Assembly (NCBI GenBank): GCA_036172245.1
Contig: JAYWIR010000002.1
Span: 7,006,001 to 7,070,000 of the forward strand
Length of the DNA stretch: 64,000 nt
Origin: Raillietiella orientalis
Lineage: Eukaryota
Direction of reading: 5' to 3'
Shown here: in pieces, positions 24,347 through 36,682 of the stretch
Position numbering within the stretch: position 1 is the first letter of the stretch
Layout: every line of letters starts with the position of its first letter
Made by a program: the position numbers and the translations under genes
Notes under the pieces: model-generated
Told to the model about the DNA's origin: nothing
Seen by the model: only the letters and a program-made list of their open reading frames with translations
Database searches by the model: none

Positions 24347-27079
24347 GGAGGAGGTGCGCAAGGCTGGACGCCCGATCTGAGCGAGATCGGGAGGGAAAAG
24401 GTGAGCGGTGCCTTGCTGCACGCTACACGGACGCTCCCGCGCGCGCGTGCTGCACTTGGCTGCCGATGAACCCGTGAGCATCGTCTTGCACCTTTCTTAC
24501 GCCGCGTGTCAAGAGTTGCATTTGCCGCTTCCCCCTTTCGTCGGGTTTCTTCGCGCCACATCAGAGGATCCACCGACCGCACTTCAAGTTGACTGACCGC
24601 TGCTGGTGCGGAGCGGTCCGCGCCTCGTTCGGCCGCGGTTCCGCCCGTCGGGCCGCATGCGGGTGGTGGCGTCGCTCGCGGTTGAAACCCGGGTTCGAAA
24701 CCGCGCGGTGCTGCTGCCGCGTGCGAACCGGGCAGCCAGCGCGCGGTCCGGAGCGCGCCGAGGGCCCGTGAGTTCGCAGCAGCGCAGCCAAAGGAGCGTG
24801 AAAGTTCCACGGAATGGCCATTCGGAGGGACCAATGTACAGTGACGGCGCCTGCGACGCCGCAAGTTGTTTGTGGTGCGGAGGACCTTCTTAACAACCCA
24901 GTGGTTCCGAATAATGCGCTGGCGGTCTTGCGGCAGATGTGGGACGATGAATCGAGTGCAAATGATAATCCACTTTACGCGATTGTCAGGGATACCAGGA
25001 ACGCTCAGCTTGGCGGCGGACGGTGTCGTAATAGATTGCCAGGGAAAACGTGAATAAAATGAAAAATGTCTTTGGAACATCCTTCTGGCTCTTGGGTGAA
25101 TGCAGGAATGCGTCTGCGTCCCTGGAGGGGGGAGGGGGGACGCCGGTAATCACGAATTAGCACTGCGCAGCGTGCCGCGTGTGGGATTTGCGTAGCCTGG
25201 GTGAGTCCTGTAATGGCGGCTCCCGACTCTGCGGAGATGGTCGCGGCTGCTACGTTTCTTGCACTGCAGGGAAGACAAAAAAAAAACGTAAAGAACGGAT
25301 GTCTCTTGCAGTGCGCTCGAATCGCGTTAACCGAGACATTCAAGGGAGAGGAACCGCCGACCTCTGAAATGCAGCGCTTCCGTGGGGGAAGGAGGGGAGG
25401 GGGGGTGGCTTTGCATTTAAAAACGGTAAGGTGCGGTCATTAAGATGTGGTTCAGCAAAACATCCCTTCAGAAACTTTCCAAGGTTTTCCTTTTCTTCGT
25501 TGCTTTGCTTTGTGCGCGCTGTGATCGATATAATGACGCGGATGGTTGCCATGACAAAAAAAAAAAGGTTGCAACAAGGCAACAAGCGGATTCCGTATTT
25601 CGGAATCATGCAGCACAGGGCATACAAAATAGAAGTCATTAAATCACGGTTCATCAAGGTTGCACGACCGGTCGGTGGTCACTTTTGCCAGGATCGAATG
25701 GGCCTCGCAACGCAAGGCGCAGAAATTTCGTGACTGCGGCTCGGACGGCGAGCGCGTTGCGCTGAAATCACTTTCGCTTTCATGTATCATTTCGATTTCA
25801 AAAGATCTTTTCGGTGCTGGCTCTTCGAAAGTACTTCTCTCTCTCTCTCTCTCTCCCTCCCCCCCTCCGCCCCTCTCTCTTTGTGACGACCGTCGAAGAT
25901 TTCGCCATGACCCCCTTCCTCGTAATTGAGCATTGAGAGAGGCTCCGTTGCCGGTTTCGTTGTCAGAACGTGGAAGACCCAGGGAACTCTGCCCGTTAGG
26001 AATGCATTATGAAGATGGATTCGAGGCTGCTGCGAACTCACTCCGCGCGCGCATTCCTTTTGTCAATGGAGCAGAGACCTTTCTCGGGCGCCCCGATGAA
26101 ATTTCGGGTTGCACAAGAACCTGCGGGCGCGCACTCTTCCGCTTTTACGATTTCGGAAAGGGTTCTGCCGAGCGGCCGCGGCCCTTCCAGAAGACCATCG
26201 CTGGCGCGCGCGCGGCGGCGGCGGCGGCGGCGGCGAGTGAAAGCATCCGCGCGCAGATGGGAAAGTAGCTCTTCGTGTTGGCGGAGGAGCCGATGATGGC
26301 TTCTGCTACGCGGACCCTCCACGGGAAACGGGGACGGGGGAATCCGCGCTTCCAGAAAAAGGGTCTCGCGTGTCGAGTGGCACCTGGGGATTTTCCCTCT
26401 CTCTCTCTCTCTCTCTGAAGCGAAGAACACCGTCGGCGGAAGAGCGTCGGCGGAGGGCTGTTGCCTGCCCCTGCGCAAACCCGTGGCGATCCAGGCAAGG
26501 CCAATAAAGCGATGCAATTTCCTTCCACGGGAACGTTTCCGTTTCCAGGAGAAGGGGGGGGGGGAGCGAGAATCGCGCCGCTCCGGATCAATCCGCAGCA
26601 GCGCGATGGAACGTCCGGAAGTCGGAAAGTGACCACCCCCAGCACGGTTTCGGAAGCGCTAGCAAGCGACCCCTGCGGTTCGAAATCGAGGGGCTCTTCG
26701 GTCGGGAATGTTGCGGCCCCAGCGCGCCTTCTTGAGCAGCCTCGAGATACCCGGGCGTCCCGAAACACTGCCAGCGTGGGAAAGGGGAGGAAAGGGACCG
26801 GAGGGAACTGGGGGAGGGAGAGGGTAAACGAAACCCAAATACCGAAGCAAGACGGGGACGCCCGCCGCCTTCCGCGCGAAGCGTTGCCGTGGAAGCTCGC
26901 GTCGCGCCAACTCGCCGTTTCGCCCCAGCGGCTGCAGCAACCTCGCCCACCGCCGCCATCACGCCATCACCACCATCGCTGCCATCACCCGGAATAGGGG
27001 AAGAGGTGTGGACACGAACTGCAGCAGGTGCGAAGGACGCGAAACCTCTCCTTCCCCCCCCCTCCCCTCCCACTTGCTC

Positions 27080-27580
27080 GTGGAGACTATGCTGCCCTGC
27101 TACCCTACGGACCCCGCGTGGAGACCTCAGGGACGCACCAGAATCCCCTCTCTGTGCGCGCGTCATTGCCGCCGGCTGCGTTATTCCCAGCAGCTCTTTG
27201 CTGCCTACGCGGGATCAGGGCGGCCTGGAGCGACGCCAGAGGAGGAGGAGGAAGTGGAAGCGGCAGAGACGCCATGCACTTCGCTTCTTTTTTTTTTTTC
27301 TTTTTTCTGAGGAGGGCGACGGGATGGTCCTACCTGAAGAAAAGGGGAGAAGAACTTGCCGGCACCCTCGAGAGAGGATGCAGGGGGCGGCCTCCAGCGG
27401 GCCACGATCCCTTTCCGTGTCCCCCAGAGTTGTTCCTTTTGTTTTATGTTTTTTTTCGCGTCCCTTCTGCCGTGGAGTCATCCCGTCCGGCCTGCGCACC
27501 GGACACTCGGCAAGCTGTGCCAGGACTTGGTAGGGTCGACGGTCCCTTCGTCCTTCAATAAATGCCCCGGCGATCCCGGA
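27080..27580 (+). mobile_element. LINE 3' end (copy C)
   Basis: PAALCCLRGIRAAWSDARG..DAMHFA..FLRRA..ELAGTLE matches the family C-terminus. 3' structure GTCCGG-cctgcgca-CCGGAC and AATAAA at 27557-27562. Confidence 0.7.
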
Positions 27581-27592
27581 TGAAAATCCACT

Positions 27593-27626
<34 letters not shown>
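27593..27626 (+). repeat. (CAG)~11 microsatellite
   Basis: Directly visible, immediately after LINE copy C. Confidence 0.95.
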
Positions 27627-27628
<2 letters not shown>

Positions 27629-30600
27629 GGCGGGGTCTGCGGCACGCTCTCCTTCCCAGCTGAGTTCCTCCCGGGGCGCTCGAACGGGAACGTCTGCCAG
27701 CTGGAAGCGCGGAGCCAGGTTGATGATGTTGATCGAACCCGTGGGCGTGCATCGGGGATTCGCGCGCGGCGCGGGGAGGGAGGGAGGGAGGGAGGAAGGG
27801 GGGAAAACGACGGGATGATGATACCCGAGGCGGGAGCGGATCAGGAGCCATTACGGGATGCAATTAAACGGATGCGTCCACAGTTGGAAGTGTCCGCAGA
27901 AAAAAAAAAAAACAGTCATCATCGTCATCAGCATGAGCGAGGGAATCAAAAAAGAAAAAAATCTGATGAAAACGAAGGTTACCCCAAAGTGCAACGCATG
28001 GACCCCCATAGCATCTGAAGAATGGATCTTGGAGTTGGCTGAGATCGAGGCTCGGGGTTGCCAGGAGAGAAGGACGAGATTTTTTCTTTTTCTTTAATTT
28101 ATCTGGCTAAGCTGATGAGGCGCTCCGGTTTCCCACGGGGTGACAAGGAGGGGGAGGAACGCACCGCCCTGAGGGGGAGGAGGGGAGAGGAAGAAGAAGA
28201 GGAATCAGCGACCGATGATGAGCAGCTCCGTAAATCAGAGGAACCTGAATGGTTGGCGTCCCGATCGCGGCTCCCTACGCAGAACCGGGGGGTCCCTACG
28301 AGATGGAACGCGCGGTCTCTCCGTCAACTGGAAACTCCCCATACGCACGCACGCACGCACGCACGCGCAATTTCTTCTTTTCCTCCTTCTCCTCCTCCTC
28401 CTCTCCGGAGGAACGCGAATTCCGGACCGGATTGTTTTTCTCCCGAGGGGCGGAACGGGTCCCGAGCGAAACCGATTTGTCTAATTTGGGCGATTTTTCA
28501 CGGGAGAGAATGGGGGCTTCCCCTTCACGCGCGTGCGCGTGGCGAGTGCGGTTGCACGGGAGGGGAGGGGGGACGCGGCTGCGCGCGCAGACGGGACGCT
28601 CCGCCGCCGTGTCGCCTCGAAATCCCGGTAAACCTGAAGGATATCGCGACGACTAAGAGGAGGAGGAAGGGGGGAGGGGAAGGCGCGGATCGCCCAGCCA
28701 TGGAGTGGCGCCGCGTAACGGCGAAAAAAAAAAGAAATTCCAGATTTCCCCCCCACCCCCACCCCAACTGCTCCTCTCCGATCCCTTTCAGCTCAGAGGC
28801 GTACAGAGTGAAACAGCAGCGCATTCCCGCTCCTCAGGAAGCCCTTTCCTGCGAGCTTCTTCTGGTCCAAGAGGATCGGAGGAAACCGATCCTTCGGACG
28901 ACTCGCGCCGCCGCCGCCGCAACGCTTCGTTTAAGCGCGGCCGATGTCTCCGCGGCGCCGAAGTGACAGGAAAACGGCGACCCTCGGCGGTCCTCCTGGA
29001 GAGGCGAAGAGCGTCGTCCCAGGGTCCCTCCATTGACGGGAGTCGATCGGCTGGTCGGCCGGACCAGAGAGGTACCCGGCGTGAAGTTGGTCGGTCGTCC
29101 CGACCTGATCACCCCCCCCCCTCCCCCCAGACCCACGTTCGAATCCCACTCGGGCAGGGAAGGGTCCACTCCGAGAACGCGGGGTGAGTCATGGGTCTCC
29201 CTCGTCCCCGCAGGATCGCGGACTGGTTGACCTCGGGTGGCTTCGGGTGTGGCGGAACAGGTGTAAGCCGGGTGTCCCCGTTGACTGACCTCCGTGAACA
29301 GAAGTTGACTCACTGGGATCCCTTCCAGGAACCAAGGAGTGTCGGTTCCCTTAGGGGCTCCCCTCCGGTTGTGAAAATGGGGCCGTAGCATGGAGCTGGT
29401 TGGTACCCTCCTACCAGGTGGTCGACTCTCCAGAGTGTTGAGAAGCGCCCTTCAGAGAAACTGGGAAGCGTCCCTTCGGGGGTTCTCTTCAGAGGAGCGG
29501 TCCTCACAAACCGGAGAGAATGAGGAAGAGGCGGTTTCCTTCGGAGTCCTCTCCCAAGGACAAGAGAGGAATGGACTCCTTCCTCCGTAACCATTCCTGG
29601 ATTCATAAGTTGGTCCCCTTCTGGGGTGACCTGAAGAGTCACAAGCACCCTCGGGTGGAATGGACAGTGTTAAGGGGCTTTATGTGTCCCCCCCTTTCCT
29701 CTAAGGAGGCGAACGGTTCGTCAGCTCTTAGAGAACCCCTGCCCTGAAAACAGACAGGCAAATGCAAGAAAAAGACGTGGCTCCTTGGAGCGTTGCCGAG
29801 CACCGGAGGGTCTGAGCGGAAGCAGAGGCGAGCTCCACGGGCAACGAAGACGCACTCGGTCACCTGAAGAGAAGGGTGTGCCGGAACAAAAGAACTGCCT
29901 TCTTGACGTGGAGCGCCACGAGAGTCGACTGCCCAGCTGCTGCCCGGCTGCTGGCAGAAGGGCGAATATCGTCCAGCGCCGTCGCTCGGCTGCGCGACCC
30001 CAGCGTCACCATCACGTCGGTGTCGCAAAAGAGCTGCAGGGTGCCCGTGACAGGCAACAAAAAGCGACACTCGACGGCGCGCCAGACAATAGGGCGGTGA
30101 CTGCGAGTCGCGCCCTGGGACATTGCCCTAGCGCTCTGCACGTTGTCCGCAAGGCTGGCACGGCAAGGATCCTACCGGCACTTCCACGAGGCATCCAAAA
30201 CTCCTCTCTTGTAGGTTGGAACGCATCCCCGGACGCGACCACAGGTTTCCGACTTCTCCTCCCGCAGGAACGCGTGGACACGTCGTCGCGCATGAGGCGC
30301 CGAGGAGAGGAGTCCGAGCTCTCCAGGGAGTCGCGAGGGAGGCCGAAGTGAAGCTGCGCGCATCCATGCATTGGGGAATGCATCCTGCTCACCTTTGCTC
30401 CCTTTAGAACAGCCCGTCGAGGAAGGGTGGATGAGGAAATCCCGTACGACCCACGGCTACCAGAGGCCGGAAGGGACGACTCTGCATCCGCCCTCCTGCT
30501 GCTGCAGAGAGGCTGTTCGATTTCTTTTTTTTTCCTGGTTCCCCGCCGGCTCGGGAAGTTCAGCATATGCTCGGGCGAGGACGTCACCTCGTCGCCGGTG

Positions 30601-31703
30601 CGACGGAGGGTTCGGGACTTCCCACCCTCCTGAAAGAGCGCGAGATTTCGCAGAGGGTCCTCCCTCCGCGTCACGCAACCACCCACCTCCAGACTCTCCG
30701 CCGCGCTGTCTCGTGTTTCGCATCCCGTTTCTCCTTTTTCCTTTTTTTTTTTTCCCAGAGCGCGTGGAGCGCGCGCGGTGGGCCCGCAGATCGAGGGCGG
30801 CTGCGAAAGCTGCCGTCGTGGCAGACCCTGTCCGCTGCCACCACCACAGTTGCCACGCGAGGTGGAAACACACGTCCGCTCCCCTCTCCGCAGCAGCCGG
30901 CCGTAATGAAGGCTCCGTGCATAAAGACAACCGCATCCCACGCGATATTTATACCCGTGGGGGGAGATCCCAAAAATATCCCTGACGAAAAGTCTGGATT
31001 CGACCATCCACCCTTCCGGCGTTATTCCCTTATCAAATGTGGTGTGCTTTTTCTTTTTTTTTTCTTGCCAGAGCGGCTGTTGCAGTTTCTGTAATGAACG
31101 TTGCAAAAATACATCTGTGGCGGCGTGATGACTTCCCTTGCAGATATTTTTCTGCGGGGAGGATGAGGGAAAAAAACCGGGAAACGCGGCGTTCGACGCC
31201 GCGGAGGGAGGGGAGCCCTCCAAAAATCCAGGCTTCCTGATTCGGGAACCAGACCCTCTCTGCGCCTGCCCCTCTCGCTCAACAGGAGGGAATCGCGTGC
31301 AGAAAGGGCGACCTCTTTTCTGAGACACGGAAGAACCCTCAACCAGCCAGCCGGCCGGCCGGCAGCGGATGGTTCGCAGTTTTCGACTTTGCTCGCTTGT
31401 GCGCGCCGTAACTCTTCTTAGAGGGGCACACGAGCTCCTCGCGTGCAGGTCTTTTCTTCTTCTTCTTCTTTCAAATGAGCGCGTCTTTCCATCGGCGACG
31501 GCCTTTTCCCAGCGGAGTGCTGGGAGCTCGACCGAGCTGATGAGTTTGTCGCCGAGCCGAGGGGGAGGAGGGGGGATCAGTCTTTTTCAGGGGACACACG
31601 AAGCAGCAGCACGCGATCTTCAGGAAGTCCTCGGTTCCTTCCGCTGCAACCCGTTCCCCCGCTCCGCTACGGTCCACGGCGATACAGGTTTCGAGAGGAT
31701 CAG

Positions 31704-31796
31704 ACGGGGCAGCAGCCGAACTTTTGCTTGAAACGGCGAAGCTGCTCGCGTGGTCCATCCGCGCTGCTGGATCACCGCAGCTCAGCATTTACGTGA
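31704..31796 (+). repeat. Left arm of a 93-bp inverted repeat (partner 32920-33012)
   Basis: Manual alignment with the reverse complement of 32920-33012 gives 6 mismatches and no gaps. Confidence 0.9.
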
Positions 31797-32502
31797 TGGA
31801 CGGAGTAGGTGGAAGCTGACTTCATCCCCCACATCCATTAACTGGTGTAACAGCACCGTTCGTTTTTTTTTTTTTTTTTTTTTCGAGTCCGAGAAACAGC
31901 CGAGCAAGGTTAGGTTGGGCCTCCATCGAAACGCCGGCTCTGGACCGGGAACAGCCTCCGCTCTTGGACCGCTCGCCTTCCTTTTCCTCGGCGATCGCCT
32001 CCGGAACAGGTTGCGCTCGAAAGGGACGAAAGCGCAGCATCGCGGAACGGATTGCGTGCCCGTCGGGTATTTCTGCGCCTCCTCCGCCGCCATTGGCCTG
32101 GGGACGAGATGCCCGCGTTCTGAAGGCCTGCACGTCAGGTCGGATGTGGGGGGCCTAGCAGAGCGCTGGGAGAGGGGCACCCTTCGAAATGTGGAAGGAC
32201 TCGATAGGAGGGGAGAGGGGAGGAAGAGCGATATTTCGCAAGAGCGTGAAGGGGCGCCGCCAGTGGAAGCAGCGCGGCGTTAGGTGCTGACAAGGGCGGA
32301 GTGGCACCGGTGGCTTTTCCCATCTATCCGAGTCAAGAAGCCCTCGAGGGTGAGGCAGCAGCAGCAGCAGAGGTCCCGAGGCGACGAGCCGGAAAAGAGG
32401 CCGTCTCTTTCGCCGCCGACGGCAGCATGGAATCTCCATCGAAAGGCACGAGCATGCGCTGTTTGTTGACACACGCTGATTAATCGAAGTGCGCTGACGG
32501 CT

Positions 32503-32722
32503 AGATGTCGACACGCGTTCATTACCGGTTCGCTCACATGCTCTGCCTCCTAGACGTTAAAACGCATGACTTACAAGAAGATGTCTGCACCCATTAATTA
32601 CAAGGCACTGACGTGCATTGATTTCTACATGTTGATGCGTACTGACTGCCAGACGTTAACACGCGTTAATGACTGGACGCTGGAGCGCATCGGTTGCAAG
32701 CCTCGAAGTGAATTAATTATTG
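32503..32722 (+). repeat. Degenerate 24-bp tandem array
   Basis: Units start at 32503, 32552, 32579, 32603, 32627, 32651 and 32675. Approximate consensus AGAYGTTRACRCGCRTTAATTACA. Confidence 0.7.
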
Positions 32723-32919
32723 CGTATTAATGACTTCCATCTGGCAGAGGAAAAGGGGCAGTCGGCACGAGGCTTGCCCAAGGGCGTTGCGCCTCAAGAG
32801 ACCGACCCACCCCAGTGCGAGAAAAGGGGAGGGAGGGAACCCTGGTTGTCCCATCTTACCGGTGGGATGGTCTGCACTAGTTCCGAGTAATCGATGCGGG
32901 AGACGAGCTCCACCCATCT

Positions 32920-33012
32920 TCACGTAAACGCTGAGCTGCTGTGATCCAGCAGCGCGGATGGACCACGCGAGCAGTTTCGCCGTTTCAAGAAAAAGGTCGG
33001 CTGCTGACCCGT
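32920..33012 (-). repeat. Right arm of the 93-bp inverted repeat
   Basis: Reverse complement of 31704-31796 with 6 mismatches. Confidence 0.9.
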
Positions 33013-33599
33013 TTCTCGGGCGGTCCCAGCCGTTGCCTTCTTCCGGCTTCGTTTGAACCTCTCGAACTGCCATGTTTGTTCCCCCCCCCTTCCCCCCGCA
33101 AGAACGAAGACCTTCGGGAAAGAGAAGCAAGCGGCTCCTTCGCACGCTCTCTTCTGTCCCCAGAGGAAAAAAACCTGAGGAGGGAGGCGAACCGTTGCTC
33201 TCCTTTGCGAAACTCCCTGTGCCGGCAGCCGGGGATGAAGACATGGTCGCCGACCGGGATCACGCGAGCGAAGCGGAGCGCCCTGAGCCGAAGCGGCACC
33301 GCCGGGTGGTTCGAACGCCCTGTGGGCCCGCGCGCACATCTTCGGAGAGAGGAGGGAGCGTCCGCAGGATACCCCGGGAAGCGTTGACGGGGGAACGCGA
33401 GAAGGGACCTCTTGCTTGATCGCAAAAGGGCACACGGTCGAAGATTCACGAGCTCCAGCCCCTGGATGGCGAGGCGACGTCCACCTGTCCCGGGTGATCC
33501 ACAACCTCTCGCTGCAACCTGGAGGAAGAGAGTCGGAGCAAGAGGAGGCGTTCCGGAAAGAAGAGACGCCGTCGATGAACCCCGAATTCCTGCTGTCTC

Positions 33600-34460
33600 C
33601 TGAAGGAGAAGTTACCACCACGTTAGGAACCACCTCGTGACATCTAGGTGCCTGGATGACCTTTTCCACCGCACCATGGCAGCGCCCGTATTTCCCCATC
33701 GGTTCCCAGAGTGATGAATGGCCCGTATCCCGCCCTCCTCCGACGCATCCGTCTGTTCGGGGTTAAACACAGAGATAAGCAAGAAAACCCCCAGGACCGG
33801 ACTCTGTTCCTTGACTCTGAATTCTTCCTGTCGAACTCTTCATCCAGGATGATGAATATTCTTTTGGTTTCAGCACCCAGCTGGGATGGTATTCTTGGCG
33901 AATGCTTCTCAAGCTGAGACGCGCCGTTGCAAAAGATCTTTTCTCTTGACATTGACCTACTTCGAAGGAACGGCGGGGGCAGCGGATGCCGAGTGCTTCT
34001 GCCGAGAGAAGTCCCCAGAATCTCCTTCGTCTGCGATCGCAGTGTCCTTCTTCGCACCCACCTCGCTTCCTCTCACCTCCTTTTTCAGTCCCGTGAAGGG
34101 TCGCTCCGTCGCTGGACTCGACTTTTGTTTTTCCCCCCCGGATGGTCCCTCACCGCGTCTTCTGGTGAGTTACCACCCCCGACGCACCAAAAGACGCGAT
34201 GCCGCCGCATTCCGCCTTTGGGCTGCCACGAGGACGCGTGTGACTTGTCCCTTGGGTGCAGCTGTCCTAAAGACAGGAGCGTCCCAAAAGCTGGGAACGA
34301 TTCTACACACTCGTCTCTCCTGGTTGAACCAGTCCCACTTTCTACCCGTATCTGCGGTGGTGGTTATTCGTCTCCCAAAGCTTGTTCGTAACTCAGGGCA
34401 AGAAGAGAGGTGGCCAGTTCGAGAAGACCGAGAGCCACCGTCGGAATGATCGCTCGCAGG
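33600..34460 (-). mobile_element. Possible LINE ORF2 endonuclease-RT linker remnant
   Basis: SDH followed by ..GRKWDWFNQE (resembles SDH...WD.FK after the APE domain) and later IILDEEF. Weak. Confidence 0.3.
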
Positions 34461-34694
34461 AGAAGTCATCTTCGATCCTTCGAGACAAAGCTTCGTCCTG
34501 TGTGAAGAGCAAAGAGTCCTGAGCTCAGTCGCCCGTCCTAGAACGCACGGATGGCAGGAGCAGCAGGAAGAACTTCGAGATTCCGCCCGCCCCTATCCCC
34601 GTTCAAAGCACCCGGCAGGAATTCCGACTTGGCGAACGGGCGAGCACTTTCAAGTGGTTTTGACCAGCCCACGCTCTTTGGGTACCCGAGGACT

Positions 34695-34918
34695 GCATCG
34701 CTCTTGGCTCGTTCTGAGCAGGAAACGGGAATGCATTTGTGTATGTGTCGCGAAAGAGAACACATACACGAAGAGGGAAGGAGAAAGTGGATGGATGCCG
34801 CGTAATGACATAAAAGCATCTTCCCTGGAGACGCATCGTTCCCAGCTCGTTCTGAGCAGTGTCGCGAAAGCGAACACATACACCAAAGGGGAAGGAGAAA
34901 GTGGATGGATGCCGCGTA
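34695..34918 (+). repeat. Local tandem duplication (34695-34804 and 34833-34918)
   Basis: Two copies of GCATCG..GCTCGTTCTGAGCAG..TGTCGCGAAAG.GAACACATACAC..GGGAAGGAGAAAGTGGATGGATGCCGCGTA. The first copy has 24 extra bp. Confidence 0.9.
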
Positions 34919-35399
34919 GTCATGGAAACCAGCTGCTCGCGCAGTTCGAGGGACACTGCGCCGATGCACATCCCATCATTCTGATGAGGATCTTCCCAAA
35001 CGTGCCTTTGGCAACAGGGGCGCCATCCGGAGGCGAGGAGGTGGGAACTCAGTGTGCGGACCCGCCTCTGCTCTCACCTACTCCGAAAGTCCTACGCCGA
35101 GCTACCTACATCGTTCGCATCTTCTTCTCCCTCAGGTCATCAGACGACGGACCTTCGCTTCTCCGTGAAGGGGAACGTGGACGCTCCACCTGGAGGTTTC
35201 CATCAAATCTGGAGAAGAGGATGGGTCGTCATCTACGGCGACAACCTCGACGAGTTCGATCAGGGCCTCATTGCACGGATCATTCCGGTTTAATTAATCA
35301 CGGACTAGGAGACAGTGAATCCATTTATTAGGTCGAAGAGGAACGGGAGCAACGGGGATGGTGAGATGGATGGAGGAGGCAACTGAACAGTAGTCCATG

Positions 35400-36670
35400 T
35401 GCTGTCTGGATGGCTGCATCGGATTAGCGGAGGAGTAATTAATGAGTCATCTCCGCTGGCTTCTTCTGCCTCTCGTTCACATCTCTGCCCACGCACGTTC
35501 CTCTTTCTCACTTCCAGAGCCCTGGTCAACCAGACTTGTTCCTCCCTCATCCGAAGCAGCTGCATTGACAAGGGAGGTCGTCGGAGGATTTCGGCTTCGG
35601 GCGAACGAGCGCCTTGCACCTGAACAGGAACGAAGAGAAGGAGGAACTTATCCCTTCCTCCCTGGATGAGCACGGCCGCTCTCCAGGAATCCGGCGCGTC
35701 GAGCAACCAAAAGATGGGACTCGTGCCTTAGATGGAACCTCTTCGCGGAAGGTTTCTACACGCGCGTTGCAGGAGTCGTCTTGGCGTCGGTTTTAGAAGC
35801 CGATAACCGGAGGAGCATCATGGCACCAAACCGATGATGGCGCCTTCGAATGGGAGAATTGCACGCTCTCGTTAGCGCCAATCCCAAGCAAGGAGCTGCA
35901 TCTCTGGTCACGGTGGACCCTGCCTGCCTCACTCCTTTCAGCCGTCTTCCCTCTTCGGATGCGTCTCTGGAAGCGGTGGAGCTTCCTATACTGCGTGCTG
36001 TTGGTTTCGTGGGGTCACGTCGGGTTCTCTGCCTTCCAGCCTCCCTTGACATACAGGCTAACGAGCTCTTAGAATGGACCACTCCGGAAAGGTCGATTAC
36101 CTGCTCGTTCGGGGGAGTAGAGATGCGACTGAACAATCTGACCTCGGAACGACCTCTTCAGGAACTTGACCTCGTTTTCTTTTGGCTTTTTTTCACTGTT
36201 GGCGCCACTCTGCAGGTGCCTTAGAGTCGTGAACTTCGGAGGAACCAACCGGAGTTGCGTCCTCGGTTTTCCGCGGTTCCAACGTGATACGCTGCTGACG
36301 CGGTTGTTTTCGTGATGTTTTTGGAGTCTGCAAAGCCCCATCGGGAGCCCCCGCCACTTTCCTTCAGAATTCCCTCCCGGATGACCCCCCTCCAAACCGC
36401 GGCAGGTGATAGGAAGAGGTCCGAGAGGTCGTGCAGACGGAAGCTCCAGTGGCGGCTCGCCAGTGGAGGAGACTCCTATAGAGGACAAACCTCAAAGAGA
36501 ATGAGCTCACAAGGTGGTGGAGCAGTCCCGCAGCTCGAAGTTTCCGCATGAGAGGCAACCGAGGAAATGCTGGTCGCGGACTCGCATCTGCAGAGGATGG
36601 ACCGAGGAGCCCACTGAAGATGGCCGAATGACTTGGAATTCTCCTTGTAAAGTTCGAGGAGCATTCCCTC
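35400..36670 (-). mobile_element. Decayed LINE RT domain
   Basis: Ordered remnants ELYKENSKSFG (domain 0, EFYK), WRGLPMGLCRLQK (WRPI..DYK), QSG, and LKGVRQ (RGVRQG). Heavily frameshifted. Confidence 0.45.
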
Positions 36671-36682
36671 TGCATTCTTATC

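Noticed and set aside
29070..29160. tRNA or tRNA-derived SINE (GTTCGAATCCC B-box at about 29137)
   Set aside because: No pairing T-arm, a C-run interrupts the body, the A-box is poor and I found no second copy.
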